A stretch of 64,000 bases of DNA from Cercozoa sp. M6MM (GCA_040357565.1 JBDODJ010000023.1), one strand, 5' to 3'. Counted from the first letter of the stretch, positions 36,119 to 50,300 are shown. The notes: generated from the letters alone by a model not told the origin. Translations and numbers: made by a program.

Positions 36119-37599
36119 ATGAGCAGCAAGCCGCTGTACAAGTTTGTGGAGCACGTCAAGGCGTTCGGCCGCGGCGTCGACCGCGTCGGTCAGGTACTGA
36201 TAGCGTGTGTGTTGCTTGCCTGTTTGCTGCTCACCCCTGACCTGCCACCCAGACGGCCCTGCGCGTGGCCCCGGTCGACAAGCTTGTGGGCGCGGGGCGG
36301 CACACGTCGGCGCTGAACATGTTCAAGATGGACAACCATGAGCCGTGGGAGGGCGGCCTGATCTCGTGGGGCCCTCTCAAGATCGTCGAGCGCATCTACC
36401 GCTCGCCGATCGGCAGACTGCTGCCGCGCACCAAGGGTGGCTGGCCGGTGGCTGGTCTGACGAACCCGCTGCCCTACCGTATGCACTACCTCGACTCGCG
36501 TGTCGACGATGAGGTATACTAATTCTACTAAATACTGTATATGCAGTATATGCCGAATGCGTGTGTGCCTAGGACGGTCTGTACAGCGACCACGTGGCGC
36601 GGCCGCTGCGCGAGCTGGTGGAGGTGCTGTGGGACAGCGACGTCGACGAGATCCGCAACTACGCGCGTCTGGTGCTGCCGATGATCAACGCCGACGTCGA
36701 TGAGACCACGATCGCTGCCTACACGGACGAGCTGCTGTCGATCAAGACGGAGCTGCAGCAGGAGCGCGACGAGCTCGTCGAGCTCAGTGACTGGACCAAC
36801 GCGATGATCCACATGTCGCCCGAGTCGCGTGAGCGTGCCACGTGGCGACTCGCACGACTCTTCCAGGAACTCGTGAGCAAGAACAAGGTGCAGTCCGACT
36901 TCATGATCAATCAGCACGACCTCGAGCAGCGCATGGACGATTTCAACAAGAAGGTAGCTGCTGCTGTGACCCGTCCCTCTCACCCTTCCCTTTATTCGCC
37001 CCTACCTTTCAGCGCATCATGATGGCCGATTTGGACCAAGAGCATCCGGGTCCTGTCCGCGCTAGGTACATCTGTAGTTACTAACACATGTTGCCCCCTA
37101 CCCGCCCCCCGTAGACACCTGAACGTGCGTCGCTGGATGACGCGTCAGTCGACGACGCTCAAGTCGCAGCAGTCGCTCGGTCTGCCCGTGCGTGCTGGCG
37201 GCGGTCATGCCATGCGCGCCGTCAACAAGGTCGACCTGGCGGCGCCGCAGCTCGCCGAAGAGATCGAAATCGGCATGCTCGAGGACGAGGTATACTCTAT
37301 CTGAAAGGCACACGTGCAAAGCTAAAATATCGTCTGCACAGGCGGCGTCGATCGCCGACCTGCATCCGCTGTCGGGCACGGCGCAGGACGTGTGGCACGT
37401 CGGTGGCAAGCGCGAGACAGCGCAGCGCGACGAGGCCGCCATGCAGCAGCGCCAGCAGACTCTCTACGAGATGTACCAGCGCGGCGAGATCGACACGCCG
37501 TACCCCAAGCCGCTGCACCTGCGCGAGCAGGAGATCAAGGAACGTCAGCTGCTTTCGCTCGAGCAGCTTGTGCACTCCAAGCAGCAACCCACGGCCTAA
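36119..37599 (+). CDS. Hypothetical protein with strong codon bias
   Basis: Clear high-GC3 exons separated by GT-AG introns; stop TAA 37597-37599. No family recognised and the start is uncertain. Confidence 0.7.
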
Positions 37600-37716
37600 G
37601 TTGAACTTCGCTTGCTTTCAGAGCAACTCCGTCTTTGTTTCCGTTTAATCCACCCAAATTTTCTGTTGTTTCCGTTTAGTTATTTAAGCGAACCGTGCCA
37701 CGAGAAAACGATGCGA

Positions 37717-39320
37717 TCACAACGTGGAAAGAACATCGTCATCGTCGTAAAGCATGAGTTCGCTCAGGTAGGAGGGCACACCGACGTTGTCCGCACTGCC
37801 ATCGGTCGAACTGGAGGTAACAGCAGCGGTGGGGTGCTGCTGCAGCGTCATGTCGGCGGCCTCGTCGACAAAGTCAGCGAAACGTGTGAGTTCTTGCCAC
37901 GACGAGAAGTGCTCGGACAGCACGGCCGGCACTTGCTTCAGCAGCGACAGTACTGCAGGGGAGAATCAGGGGGGGGCGCCCCCCCCCCCTAGCAAAAGGG
38001 TTAACAAAGAGAAACTTACATTCACGCCAGCGCAGTCGCAGGTATCGCGCAAAGTTGGAAGCCTTCCACTGTGAAGGAATCGGTTCCGCATCGACACCAG
38101 TGCCCAACATGATGGCATGTCCCTTCACGGCCTGTCGGAAGTCCTGGAAGAAGGCTATGCTGTCGCGCAACTCCGCTAGCAGTTCCTACTCCGGGAGGGG
38201 GGGGGGGGGAAAGGGACGGGGTAAGAGGAGGGATAAAGCACCTCGGGCACGTCGCGGCCCTCGCGTCGCAGCTCGTCGAAAGCAGCGCGTGCGTGGTGAA
38301 ACGAATGCACGTGCAGGAAGATCTCGGCGGCATGGTACGGCATGGCACCCTGGTCCTCGTCGTCGTCCATGGTGGGATCGTAGTCGTCGTCATCGTCGCC
38401 ACTGGCAGGCGGTCCGCCCATGGTCTTGTGCGGGTCGAACGGACCCAGGATCGGGAACCACTTGGGCAGCCGCACGCGCATCGCCTTGACCAGCGGGTCG
38501 CCCAGGAAGTCCTGCACGTTGAACACGCTCTTGAAGGCGAAGCGCAGCAGCGACGAGAAGGCATTGGCGCACACCTCGCCGAACGGCAGCGCCGCCTGAG
38601 ACAGCGCGCGCTCCAGCTGCTCGGCCACCACACGCGCGCACCGCTCGTCCGCCACCCGTTTCTCCCGGCGTTTCTCCAGCCCCTCCTGCCGTTTCTCCGG
38701 CCCCTCCTGCCGTTTCTCCGGCCGCAACAGGCACTCGTGCAGCGCGCGCACCGCACGCAGCGACGGCGCCGACTCGGACGCGCGCGACAGCGCCGTAAAA
38801 AAGTAGCCGCGCTCCATCGCTTTCGACCTGCATCGGGGGTAGGGGTAAAGGGGCAAATGGGGGGAGGGGTAAAGCTAGGGCTAGAGGATACAGACGACGC
38901 GCGAATTCAGTCGTATGACGTGTCGAGTCCAGCAGGCCGTAGACAGGTGGTTCCACCGACGAGAGATCGTATGTACAGAATGAGACCGACTTCTTTTTGT
39001 TGTTGTTGTTGGTGGTGGTTGGAGTAGTTGACTGCATGCTGACCTTGTAGTCACGATTGATACGCCGCAGTGCAGGCGACAAACGACGCCTGGTGGTAAC
39101 ACTGTGCGACTGCGAAACAGACAGAGCCGTCGACAGCGACACGTGCTGCCGCTGCCGCTGCGACTGCAGACACAACTCGGCGTCGGCGACGGCAGCGAAA
39201 AAGTGTGCCAGCTGCAGCCGCCAGCGCTGTCTCAACTCTTCATCTGAGGGTCAAGGGATCAAGGGTAAAGGATCAAGGGTAAAGGATCAAGGGTAAGGAT
39301 CAAGAGCGATTCAAAAGGAG

Positions 39321-39353
<33 letters not shown>

Positions 39354-40629
39354 AGGGGGGTAAAGCTACCACAGTCGAGCAAGCGCACGAACTGCTGACT
39401 CGCGAGGGCAGCGTGAACCACGCGCGCGATCGCCGAGTCCGAGCGACGCCGGAGATTCTCCATGGCGTGCTGCACACTGTCCTCTCTTTCAACAGAGGGA
39501 ACAGAGGGACCCAAGCAAGCAGAGGAAGCAGCACTGGCGACACGGACAGGTGCCGCTGGCAGCACTGGCAGCTTCGGCATACTGCCCAGCAGGTCGAGCG
39601 CCATCCGGCCGCGTCGTCCGCTGGTGGAAGATACGATCCTCGGCGGTCGACGTGGCACACTCGACGTCGGGGGTCCAGCACGCGATCGCTTTGCCTAAAG
39701 GCAAAGAGGTAAAGATTAGGGAGGTGGGGGGGGGGGGGGTAAAGCTACGCCAGCTCTCACGGCTTTCGGCCTGCCCGTCAAAGGAACGTTGGCCGAGCGG
39801 AAGGACGAGACCGACGGACGCGCGAACAGAGGCGGCATCATCGACGTCGACACCGTCGTTGTCGTTGTCGAAGTGTTCGACACGCGGCGGCGCTTCGCTT
39901 TCGGCGCCGGCGACTTGGCCGTCGAGCGCAGACGGTGCGCAAAACTCCTGCTTGACTGGTCCTTCCGCGCGGAAGCCGGCGCCTCACTTTCTTCCTCGTC
40001 TTTCGTTTCTCCTGTCGCTTGTGCTTTCGTTTGTTGAACTGTTGTTTCTTGTTCGACCGCTCCAGTCAGTCTGTTATTCAGTCCTCCCGTCGGTCCATCA
40101 GTCAGTCCTCCCGTCGGTTCTTCAATTGAGCATTCGAGCTCGTGATCATCGGTGTCGCCGGTCGTATCCAGAGCACAATTCAGCAACGGCGCCGACCGGC
40201 TCGACAGTGACACGCGGCGTTTCTTGCGTCGACCGGTTCCAGGGGTCGTCGGAGCTTCCGTCTTAACCTTGGGCGTGGCCGGAGTCGGCGACTGCGACGC
40301 CTCGGCTAGTGGCAGCTCTTGTCTCTGCTGCTGACCGACTTTGCTCGCAGCTTTCGCTATATTGGCTTCCTTTGCCGCTCCTCGAAACAATGGCGGCGCC
40401 AGTCGAGTGCTCTGAGACATCAGCGTTTTATGAAGGTTGAACGTCCATCTCCTTGATCCAATAATAATACCTGTGAGATCATACGTGATCGACGCGACTT
40501 TGCTGCGCTGCGAGGTTTTCGAGGCTTTTGCTTCTCTGGCGGGCTGTGAAAGTCGAACAGAGAAACACTCGATCCCTCCGTCGACGGCTTTGGCAGCAAG
40601 CGGCGCCGCTGTCGCTGTGCACTCGACAT
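37717..40629 (-). CDS. Hypothetical protein with a long low-complexity basic N-terminus (probably nuclear)
   Basis: Long exons (39745-40420, 38240-38828) with NLS-like KKRR/KRRR motifs. Boundaries are approximate. Confidence 0.55.
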
Positions 40630-40929
40630 GATGCCGGGAGCTGCACCAGAAACCAGAAAGGAAAGAACCGTCAGCCGCCGAGCTGCAGCTTCACCGCTAC
40701 GCGCTGCGTGACACCTGCAGCTCACAGAGCACTGACTGCAACACAGCGACGAAAAACACAGTCGGCAATCCCGCCAAAAATCGCAGTGGTACCACGGGCG
40801 TCCAGTTGTACTGATCACGGGAAGTTTCTTTAATAAATCTCCATGGTCACCGCCCAGCAATCACCTCAAGATCGCAATTCGTGGCGGAGCTAAACTCGAA
40901 GCTAGTGGTGTTCACGGCGTGTGTGCACA

Positions 40930-43039
40930 ATGGAGGCGTTGACACCACTGCGCAGCTCAAGCGTTAGGCTGTGCGTGTATGGTTGCGATTCACGCCTGGT
41001 ACCGTTTTTGCGGACACTCATCTAGTTTTTCAAAACCCTCGAGTTTTCCCACTTTTTCGTTCCTCGTATTTAACTTCGGGGAGTTTCCTTTTGTCTTCTT
41101 CGTTTCCGGGCACCCCAAGCGCCAGATCGGCGTGTCGGAGGTTTTCAGGATTGAACATTCCGAACAAGTCCGCAAATTCCCGCAACTGTCACTTTGTGTC
41201 GCTTTTGATGTCGTGGCAGCTTTGTGTCATCTTTCATCGTTCTGCTTGTTCAACAGGTGCAACATTTGGCGCGTGCGGAGGAGTGCTCATCCCTGCCACC
41301 ATGCGTGCGAGCGAACTGGCAGGAGCGTGACGTGGAAATCTTTGATTTGGCGCGCCTGCGACGTGACGCACTTGATGTCTTGCTTGATGATTCGCTAGAG
41401 CCACGCGTGCACTCATTGCTGCTCGTGTGTGCCCCGCCCTGGCTCGATGAGGTATTTTCGCATTTTCCCTGTCCCAACTGAGCCTTGAGTGAGCTGTGTG
41501 ACCCGTGACCTGTGTGTGACCTATGTGTGACGTGCCCAGGGCAAGAGTGTGCGCAAAGCACTGAAAGTCGTGCAAAAGTTGCAAAAGCAGCACAACCTGG
41601 TGCTGCCGATTGTGCTGGCTGTGTCGCACGTCGAGCGCCTTGCAAATGAGAATTCTTCGGTGGACGAGACGTGCCAGTACTTGCAGTCGACGCTGTTCAA
41701 CAGCGAGGATCCGTGCATGCAGCTGCTGTCGAAACTCGCATTGGTCGCCGAGCGCACTGTGTTCTGCTCGGCCGTCACTGGACACCACCTGCAGCAAGTC
41801 GAGAGTGCCGTGCTGGCCAGCGCGACCTTTCCGGTGTCGCCACTGTTCAATCGCACGCGAAGAAAACGCGGCACCGGCGTTCAGTACCGGATATCCGCGC
41901 GATTCGCGGCCGCTTTGCGAAGAATATTCACTCGTACTCTTTCTTGCATGTCGTTGCTTTGTTTCACCTGTGCTGATGTTGGACACTGTGGCAGTGCACG
42001 CCGAGAGAGACGGTGGCGATGCGGACACGTGGTCGCCGCGTCAGCTGCAGCAGTTCCACGAGCAGTACTTTCGACAACCGATGGACGAGGCACTGGCTGC
42101 TTCGCTGATCTGCGTGGCCAACAAGCAGTGCGGCGACGAGGACAACACGACGCACATGACTGTACTACCCTGCCTCTGTCTGTGTGTTGCTTTCCCATTT
42201 CGTCACTCTGTATTGTTGTCGCAGTGGCGCTCCTTCGCCACGCTAAACTTAATGACCTTCGTTCGGCAACGCAGCACGTGTGTTCTCCTGTGTTTATTGG
42301 GTCATTTTTTTAATTCTATTCTTGTGTATGTGTGTGTGTGTGTCTGTAGTGCGTCCGCGTGGAGCATGCTGCTCCAGTTCGGCTACAATTCGCGCGTTGA
42401 ATTCGATGCCGAAGTGATTCGATCGCTCGTTCCCGATGGTACCAAGTGGCAGTGTTGCTGTCTTTTTACTGTGCACACACCAACACTCCTGTCGCTTGAG
42501 CAGGTCCACTGAAGTTGCGCGAAGCGGCACTGCGCATGCTGTCGCAGACGTACGCGCGGTTGGACCGCAGGAAAGACGGGCAGGTGTCACTGCAGACAGT
42601 GCAGCAGGCCATGCACTCGTTCGGCGAGTTCGAGCACACGCAACAAGCGGTGGAGGCACTGCTGCCGGCGGCGTGTCGCACTCACGGCACTGTGAGCGAG
42701 AGCGACTTTGTGACCCTGTTCGCATCGATGCTAGAGTGCGATGCCGAGCGAACTGTGGAGTACTTGCTTCACCTCGGCTGGCCGAGTCACGTGTCGCCGC
42801 TTGTGTCCGCCTTTGCATCGTCGGCCAGCGCGTCCGCTTCTTCAGCGACGAGTCTCGCTGCCACCTACGCCGGCGTCGCTGTCGTCACTGCCTGCGCCGG
42901 TGTCGCCATCGCCAAACACCTCTACGCTGGTACCTCCAGTGGCAACAACCAGCACCCGCCCGTGCCTCACAGTCCTGCCGCAGGTTCGAGCCATACCCAC
43001 ATGCACAGTCACGGAGTAGTCGCGAAAACGCCCTCCTGA
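40930..43039 (+). CDS. Divergent Miro (mitochondrial Rho GTPase)-like protein
   Basis: FCSAVTG...ATFPVSPLFN; AALRRIF; QLQQFHEQYFRQPM; AWSMLLQFGY; LDRRKDGQVS; DAERTVEYLLHLG; C-terminal TM anchor. Confidence 0.75.
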
Positions 43040-43147
43040 CCTGCGACGCGATGTTCGAATTCTACAACGTCGGAACTGATTTTAAAAGCTTGTAACGTAT
43101 CTACGTTAAGTGTACCGTACTTCAATACAAACGAAAAAGATCGGAAC

Positions 43148-44641
43148 TTAATCTTGCGCCTTGGCACTCTCCGTCTCGCTTTCGACAACAGCAGCGGCAG
43201 CAGCGGGCTTGTCCGAGTCCATGCTGGCTACAAACTGATCGTAGGAGGCCTCGAGATTGTCGAAGTCGAGCTTGAGTGACGAGACGAAAGGCGGCTCGCC
43301 CTTGGCGACTTTGCGTAGGAATATGCCGTTCTTGAAGTGGACCTTCCACTCGAGTAGCTGCAAATACATAATTGAAATTGAGGTAGAACATGATGGGAAG
43401 TACAGTACCTGTTTGGTGTTAAAAGGACCGTGCACAGCCTTGTCGTCCTGTTTCCACTTGTAGTGGAAACGTGCCATAGCCACAGGTCGTGCACGTTTCT
43501 TGTCGCTCTCTTCTTGTGCACCCTCACGCTGGTGTCGCTTCTGCCCGGCCTGCACTCGCTCGGCCTCGTTTCGCTTTCGCTGCTCTTCCTGCTGCTTTTG
43601 CTTGCGTTCGTGTGCTTCGGCCGTGGCCAGTATTCTGCGTGAAATCTCGGTGCGCGTGGCGTCGTAGATGTCGCTCATGGCGTAGTGATTCGCGAGTTCC
43701 GCCGTCGCGCGCGAGAAGTCGTCAAAGTCCACTGACGGCACTTGCTGCGCTTGCTTTCGCTTCTCGCGCTCAGCTTCCGCTTCAGAATCCGACGAGTCCG
43801 ATGCGTCGGAGTCCTCCCCTACAAAACCTCAAAGCAACATTAACAAAAACGAAAGCATAAAGCGAAAGCGTACACGCCATTCGGCGTCGATTCGACTTTG
43901 CTTTCTTTTTCGACTGCTGCTGCTTCCTTGATCCGCCCGACAGTCGAATGATGGCCTCCTTGACTGCTTCGTTGGGAAGCAGAGCACCCTGCACGAAGCG
44001 AAGCTGTTGCATTAGAGTGCGACCGCCCACGGTGGCGTGTTCTTCGGCTTGCTGCTTCGTTTCGCCGCTAGTTTCGTCAGATGCGCTGTTTTGCTTTTTC
44101 TGCTCGGCCACGCTCTTGTGCAGATCGGTCTTCTCGATCACTTCGCGTGCCTCAGTACGCCGCGCGGCCGCAGTGATTGCATCCTCGGCTGCCGCATCAA
44201 GTTGACGCACGAACTCGTCGTCTTCTTTGTCTTCGTGAAAATTTCCCTGCAACGCAATTTTCTTTCTTTCGTTCAAGCCAAAAGTAAAGCAGAGTAGCAA
44301 CTCACGGCATCGTCAAAGTAGCCGGTGGCCATCTCATCGTCCATCGTCATTGCTGCAACTCCAGACTGCTCTTCTTCGCCTTCCTCGTGCAAGTAGCGAG
44401 CTTCCATGTTCTGGGAACAACAATGTCAAGTCGTCAAAGCAACACAACATCAAACAAAGCAAAGCAAAAAGCAAAAGCGAGTACAATGTAAAGCAAAGAC
44501 ACAAACCTGCTTTGACAAACGCAGCTTGCGCAAACGCTTCGACTCTTCTTCGTCAAGTTCATCGTCAGAGTCGTGCAGCACATGGCCAAACGCAATTTCG
44601 AGACCTTTCGCTTTTTCGTCCTGGCTCGCCTTCTTGGACAT
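43148..44641 (-). CDS. CD2BP2: CD2BP2/Lin1 (U5-52K) GYF-domain protein
   Basis: MDDEMATGYFDDA-GNF; LLPNEAVKEAIIRL; DIYDATR; HYKWKQDDKAVHGPFNTKQLLEW. Confidence 0.8.
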
Positions 44642-44910
44642 TCCTTTGATAGTGCAAACTGTCGCTGACTGGCACCCTGAAAGCTCAGACTACGATTAAA
44701 CTACGCAAGCCCACACCAACTCACATCAATGAGATCTCTAACCTTGTGGAGACGCTTATATAATCGGAGCGCTGGGACTCGAATGAAAAAGAGGTCGCAG
44801 CTGCTCTCTGCCCTGTAAGCATCCAAGCCTGCGGAGAGCGCATGTTATTGCGTAGGTTGCGTCCTATTGTGTCAGCTTTTCAAAAAGGACCGCGATTTGG
44901 TGCCATTTCC

Positions 44911-46773
44911 ATGGGCAAGGTAGCAAACGTGTTCAAGTGGAAAGGGTGCTGCTAGCCTACCTGTCTGGGATTGCCCCAGGAGAACGAAATGCCAGAGCCA
45001 GACAAGTCTTGGACGGTGGTCCAGCTGAAGAAGGAGCTGGCGCGGCGCAAGCTGAGTGTTACCGGAAGAAAAGCTGTACCCATCACGATATCGACAGAAA
45101 TGCCCCTTTAGTTTGATACCTTTTTTTTTTGCAGCAACTGCTTGCGCGCCTTCAAGGTAAAGAGGAAGAGGCCCCGCTTGTGAAGAAACGATCGCGTCGT
45201 CGTGTTTCCGCCGAGTACACTTGCTGTCTCTGCATCCTCCTATAATCAGTGATGTCTGACCGCCTCGATTGACTGCACAGTGAGAAAGAACCGCCAAAAA
45301 AAGTGTCTCGCTCTGCCAGTGCCGCTGATGTCTCCGGTAAGAAACAGAGCATTTTAATACAGGCTGTTTGAGAAAAAGTACTCACAGAAGCCAAGGTGGA
45401 AGACGAAAGCACGCGCGTGAAAATGCCTGTAAGCGACAGTGCTGGCGATGACCTGCGAATCATGTGCTACAACGTCAATGGACTGAACTCTACGCTCAAT
45501 AAAGGCTTTGTCGAGTACTTGCAGGTTCCTTGTTTAACCTTTCTTCGTTCGTGATGTGCACCTTGTTTGATAAAACAATTGCAGAAAAAGAAGGACGCTG
45601 GCACTCTGCCGCAAATTCTGTGTCTCAGCGAGATCAAGATGAGCGCGGAAAAGTTCGACAAACTGGTGTGTAGAACTTGCACCACCAAAGAGAAATGTTA
45701 TTGAAAGTTTGTGCTCAGTGGATGGAGGATGAAGAGGCACAGGCGTTGGGTTACGAGCATGTGGAAGTGCACTCGGCCAAGGATAAGAAGGGCGGCATTC
45801 ACGGCACTGCCGTCTTGTCGTGTGTGCTTGCTTTTGAAGATACGTGTTCTCTTTCCACCTTTGTTTGTGACAGCGATCGAGCCGCTTTCTGTGACCCGTG
45901 GTATCAACAACTCGTCGGATGACGATGGACGCGCGCTCACCTTTGAGTTCGACACGTTCTATCTCGTGCACACCTACGTTCCCAATGCGGGCGAGGGTCT
46001 CAAGTTTATGAAGCGTCGTGAGGTTTGTTTCTGTCATACTTCTTTCCTTTTGTGCCTGTTCTTTACTTGCTTGCGTGTAGACGTGGAACAAGAAAATGAC
46101 GGAACACGTAAACAAGCTGCGCAAGACGAAGCCGGTGATGTGGACCGGCGATCTTAACGTCGCTGTTCTCGATTTTGACGTGCGCTTTCTTTTCTTTTTC
46201 AGCCAATTGTACACTGAAAGGATGTGTTAACACAGGTCTATGACGGCGAAACCAACAGAGCACGCGCCAAGTCGGCAGGTTTCACTCCACAAGAGCGCTC
46301 GCACCTGAAGACTATGCTCAACGAGCACGGGTGGTATCAACACATCCCTCGAAACTTGCCCTTTGGTTCTCTTGACATCGTTTCCATTCCAGGGTCGATG
46401 CTTTCCGCAAACTGTACCCAAAGAAACGAGGCACTGACTGTTTCACCTTCTATTCGGTAGTATTTTTCTCAGTTTGCGGTCCGCGCGGGTTGCTTTGACT
46501 GGTGTGTTTGTTTGGTAATAGATCCGTGGACGCGGCCGGCCCAAGGGACGTGGTTGGCGCCTTGATTACTTTCTTTGCTCGGACAATGAGCTCGCTGACT
46601 TGATTTCGTACTGCTGACTGTCATTGTTTTTAACTGAGCTGGGCGATTGGACTCTTTGATGTCAAAACAGTGATGTCGTGATCCATTCGGACGATGGTGG
46701 CATGAGCGATCACTTGCCGCTTGAGTGCATTATGGCCACTCCGCCTGCGCGCGCGGCTGCCCAGCCGGAATAG
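44911..46773 (+). CDS. AP endonuclease (ExoIII/APE1 family) with N-terminal SAP domain
   Basis: SAP WTVVQLKKELARRKLSVTGRKAQLLARL; YNVNG; LCLSEIK; TYVPN; GDLNVA; GWRLDYF; SDH. Confidence 0.92.
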
Positions 46774-47320
46774 CCCCCCCCCCCCCCCCCGCGCATTCAC
46801 TTGATCATACCCCGAGAACCAGGGTCGCGTAATTATGCAGTGGTTTTGACTTCATTCGGCCACTCTAGTTGCTTTGATGGTGCCCTGTGTACGTACCCCG
46901 TCCGCCATACTCAGCGATTGCCTTTCCTAAACAATCACTGACGGACTTCACGATGATGTCCTATCTCGAAGTTGCATCATTTGCCGCCGTGGCCGGTCCA
47001 TCGGCGCACCTCAGGAGCAGCTGCGGAGTTACAGTACAAGTGTTACGGTACAGCACGGGCACAGGAGGTACCAGGCACTGCAGTGTTCAGTGATGGCCCC
47101 ACGCGCCCTCCGTGTAAAGTGTGACCATCTTCTCCTCAGCATCACTCAGTGACCAACAACTTGGCTGTGGTTTATTACTGATTGGATCATCCTTTTTGCT
47201 TTTTGAACTTGTACTGGTGCAAGTAGAGCCCGTGCTATCTTGGGCAGGGTGCACCAAGTGCATGTCTTACAAGGTGGATCTCGGCATCGCGGACAAGGAA
47301 TTATTGACCAGATGCCGATC

Positions 47321-50300
47321 ATGACGCCTCTGGTGTTCTTGCTTTTGGCGCTCTCAACTTTTGCATGTAGCGCCACGGTGGTAATTTTCTGCACATCACT
47401 TGATACAAGATAAAGCTTTACGAGGAGTGTGTGTTGACTTTCGAAGCTGCTCTCTGGAGACCCTGGAGACCAGTCACAAGAGCTGCTGATTCTGGACTCG
47501 CGTGTGCTCCCTCCCGAGAATGCTATTGTTCCGGGAAAGGACCATTACCGCGTATACGTAATTTAGCTTCTCACTCAATTTATCTATGTGACCCCTTCCT
47601 TAGTCGTGCTGATACTACTGCATACTCTAGGTCTTGTTCACGATGCATCAAGTCGACCAAGAAGCTTACGCCGGCTTTTCGGTGCGTGTTCAGTTCGGTG
47701 AGTGCACCTTGTCGCCGCAGCCGCCGAATGTTCCGGTGTGTTAGAAAGCATTCTCTTGCTGTGTGTTGACGGTTCACTTTGCTGGAAGTGTCTTGCTTTG
47801 AGTTTCAGGTACCGTTGACGCTTTGCGCTGGATACCAGCCCATCTTGACTGAGATCCATGAAGTCGACTTCCCGGCTGTTTCGAACGAAACCGCTGTTTT
47901 AGTCGGCGCGCTGTTCAATTTGACATCAGTCGTTTCGCGTATACTGCGTTCAATCGTTTCTTTTTGCAGCTTTGGTGTTTGACGAGTTTTAGCATTTTAA
48001 CTTGTTGGCCTGGAACAGCAAAAACTCTTGGAATGGAATTCACTCTGTTCAACACGAACGAGGTCTCTTTCATCACGTTAAAGCCAGTCGATTTGGTTCA
48101 AAGTTTTGGTTCCTTTGCACAGACGATCGGAGGCCCGTTTTTTCAACCGCCGCCGGTGGTGTCCCAGTTCAACGAACTCAACGTGTCGCACTCGCAGCTC
48201 ATGAGTGGTCAGGTCGAATTCAGCGCCGTTGTGAGTGCCAAGGAGGCAACGAGGAATTCGGTAGAGAGCGTTCTCACTTAGAAACACTCCGAGATACTTG
48301 TGTGTTGAGTAGTTGATGTTCTCTGCTGTGGGTCATACTGCCCTGGGCTTTGGTGAGATTGTTGCTTTCTTTTGCTTTGTTTTCTTTTATCTAACTTATG
48401 TAAATTCAACAGACACCACATACACTGACAATGACGGAAGTACAACTGTGCTGACTGCTCGAACAGCTGGTCTGCCGTGCTGCACCACCGACGTCAGTGT
48501 GGAACTGGCGTATCTTTGTCTGGTTGGACCGGCCTGGCCCTTGCAGCTAGGTATAACTTTAGCTACAGAATCAAGCAGTGTCCACTTGTCACATTTCACA
48601 GAAACGGCAAACAGGCTGAACGTGTCGTCGACTTTCTTTGCCAAAACCACAATTTATAGCGGTCTGGTACTTTCTGCTTTTTCTTGCTTAAAATTTAGTG
48701 TGCACACTTAATGTCTGTTGACTGATGTCTGACTTGAATGTACTGACAGGAGGCGAGTAGCTTCACAGTGCTGCCAGAGGCACGTGGGTGGGCCTTTCAT
48801 CTGAACCATCAGTTCATACCTGACCCGTCATTCACTGTAGTCTTTACTTTGTGTGTGCACTGTGCTTGAATCAATGATGTTTGTGCTGTGCAGAACTGCA
48901 GCTCGATCTTTCAGTCTCTGAAGTACCGAGACGTAAGTGAGCTTTTGTATTTAAACCCTCTTGACACTTGTCGCGCCAGATCTTTCTCAACGAGAGTCAC
49001 AACGAGTGTGCCTATGGAGTCAAAACTGACTCCACTGCCTGGTCGCACGGGAGTGCTGGTTGTACTACTTTGTTTGACCAGACGTACATTTAGTGTTGTC
49101 CTATCGTTTACCGTCTCTTATTTCACAGCATGGGACGTTGTGACGGGACAGTCACTCCCTGCCGACACGATCATTGTGGAGATGCCCTACCTGCTCAACG
49201 CTTTCTACTTGACCCATCCCAACGGTAGCCTTATCCATCCTGTCGCACTGTTGCACAGTCACAACGTGTCTCCTTGGACAGTGACCTTTGGCATGGGCCA
49301 TTCGAGCATGTACTTCAGTCAGCCGCACTTTGAACTCGCCGACACTAAAGGTACCTCAGTTATAATCGCACCTACCGTTTCAGCTCATTTTTGAGTGTAG
49401 CCTTGGGAGCATTCGAAAAAGCGAATTATACCATGGAGGTGAACACGAAGTCACTGGCACCAAACTGCGTCGACGAGATCAGCGCTAATGTCACTGACTT
49501 TGCGAAGTACATCTTGCTTTTCTATATATATATTTTTTCTTTGTTAGATAATTTTATATCTACATAATATATACATGGAATAGACTGTGTAATATATGCT
49601 ATACGATATACTAGCATAGTATCTACTACATATATATCTCTCCATCAGATACATAGGTATCCTTTGTATTCTTTTGTTGTTATCTTTGCCATCCCAGTCT
49701 GTTTGGCAAGCCGCTGGAGTCGCACAACTTCAGCGTGGACTGCTTCAACATCGGCGACGCCAAGAACAGAGACAAATTCGTGCAGTGGCTACGAAACGGT
49801 ATCGGTGCCGACAACAAAACACTGCGACGTTCCGTGGAAACGCTGCCGCCGGATGTCTACTGGCAGGACGGTTTCTGCCAGCTGCGTTTCTCTGCTCTCA
49901 ACTGGATCTACCGTGATGTACCTCTGTCATACTTGTATCCCTGTATGCTTGTACCTCTGTATACTTTCAGCCCTGTATACCTGTACCCCTGTATCCTTGT
50001 ACCCCTGTATCCTTGTACCCCTGTATCCTTGTACCCTTGCAGTGGCAAGAGCACGGAAGTGTGCCAGCGAACGAAGCGTTGGAGATCTCGCAGCAGCTGC
50101 GAGTGTACGAAAGCGAACTGAGTGACCTCGTCGTTGATGTACAGGCACCGTCGCAGCACCGTCGTCGCAATGACCTGCTGATCCAGGCGACGGTCCTGGA
50201 GTACCTATGTGGCCGCGTGGAAGGCACAGCTGCACCTGCTGGCAAGTACAACATCTCGTACACACTGACGTCGGCTGTTGGCAGTCATCGCTGGCACGGT

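Noticed and set aside
44911-45160. SAP domain fused to AP endonuclease as a novelty
   Set aside because: This architecture is already known, for example in plant ARP-type enzymes.
49917-50038. Short repeats resembling a CRISPR array
   Set aside because: Degenerate tandem units with no unique spacers, inside a spliceosomal intron, and no cas genes nearby.
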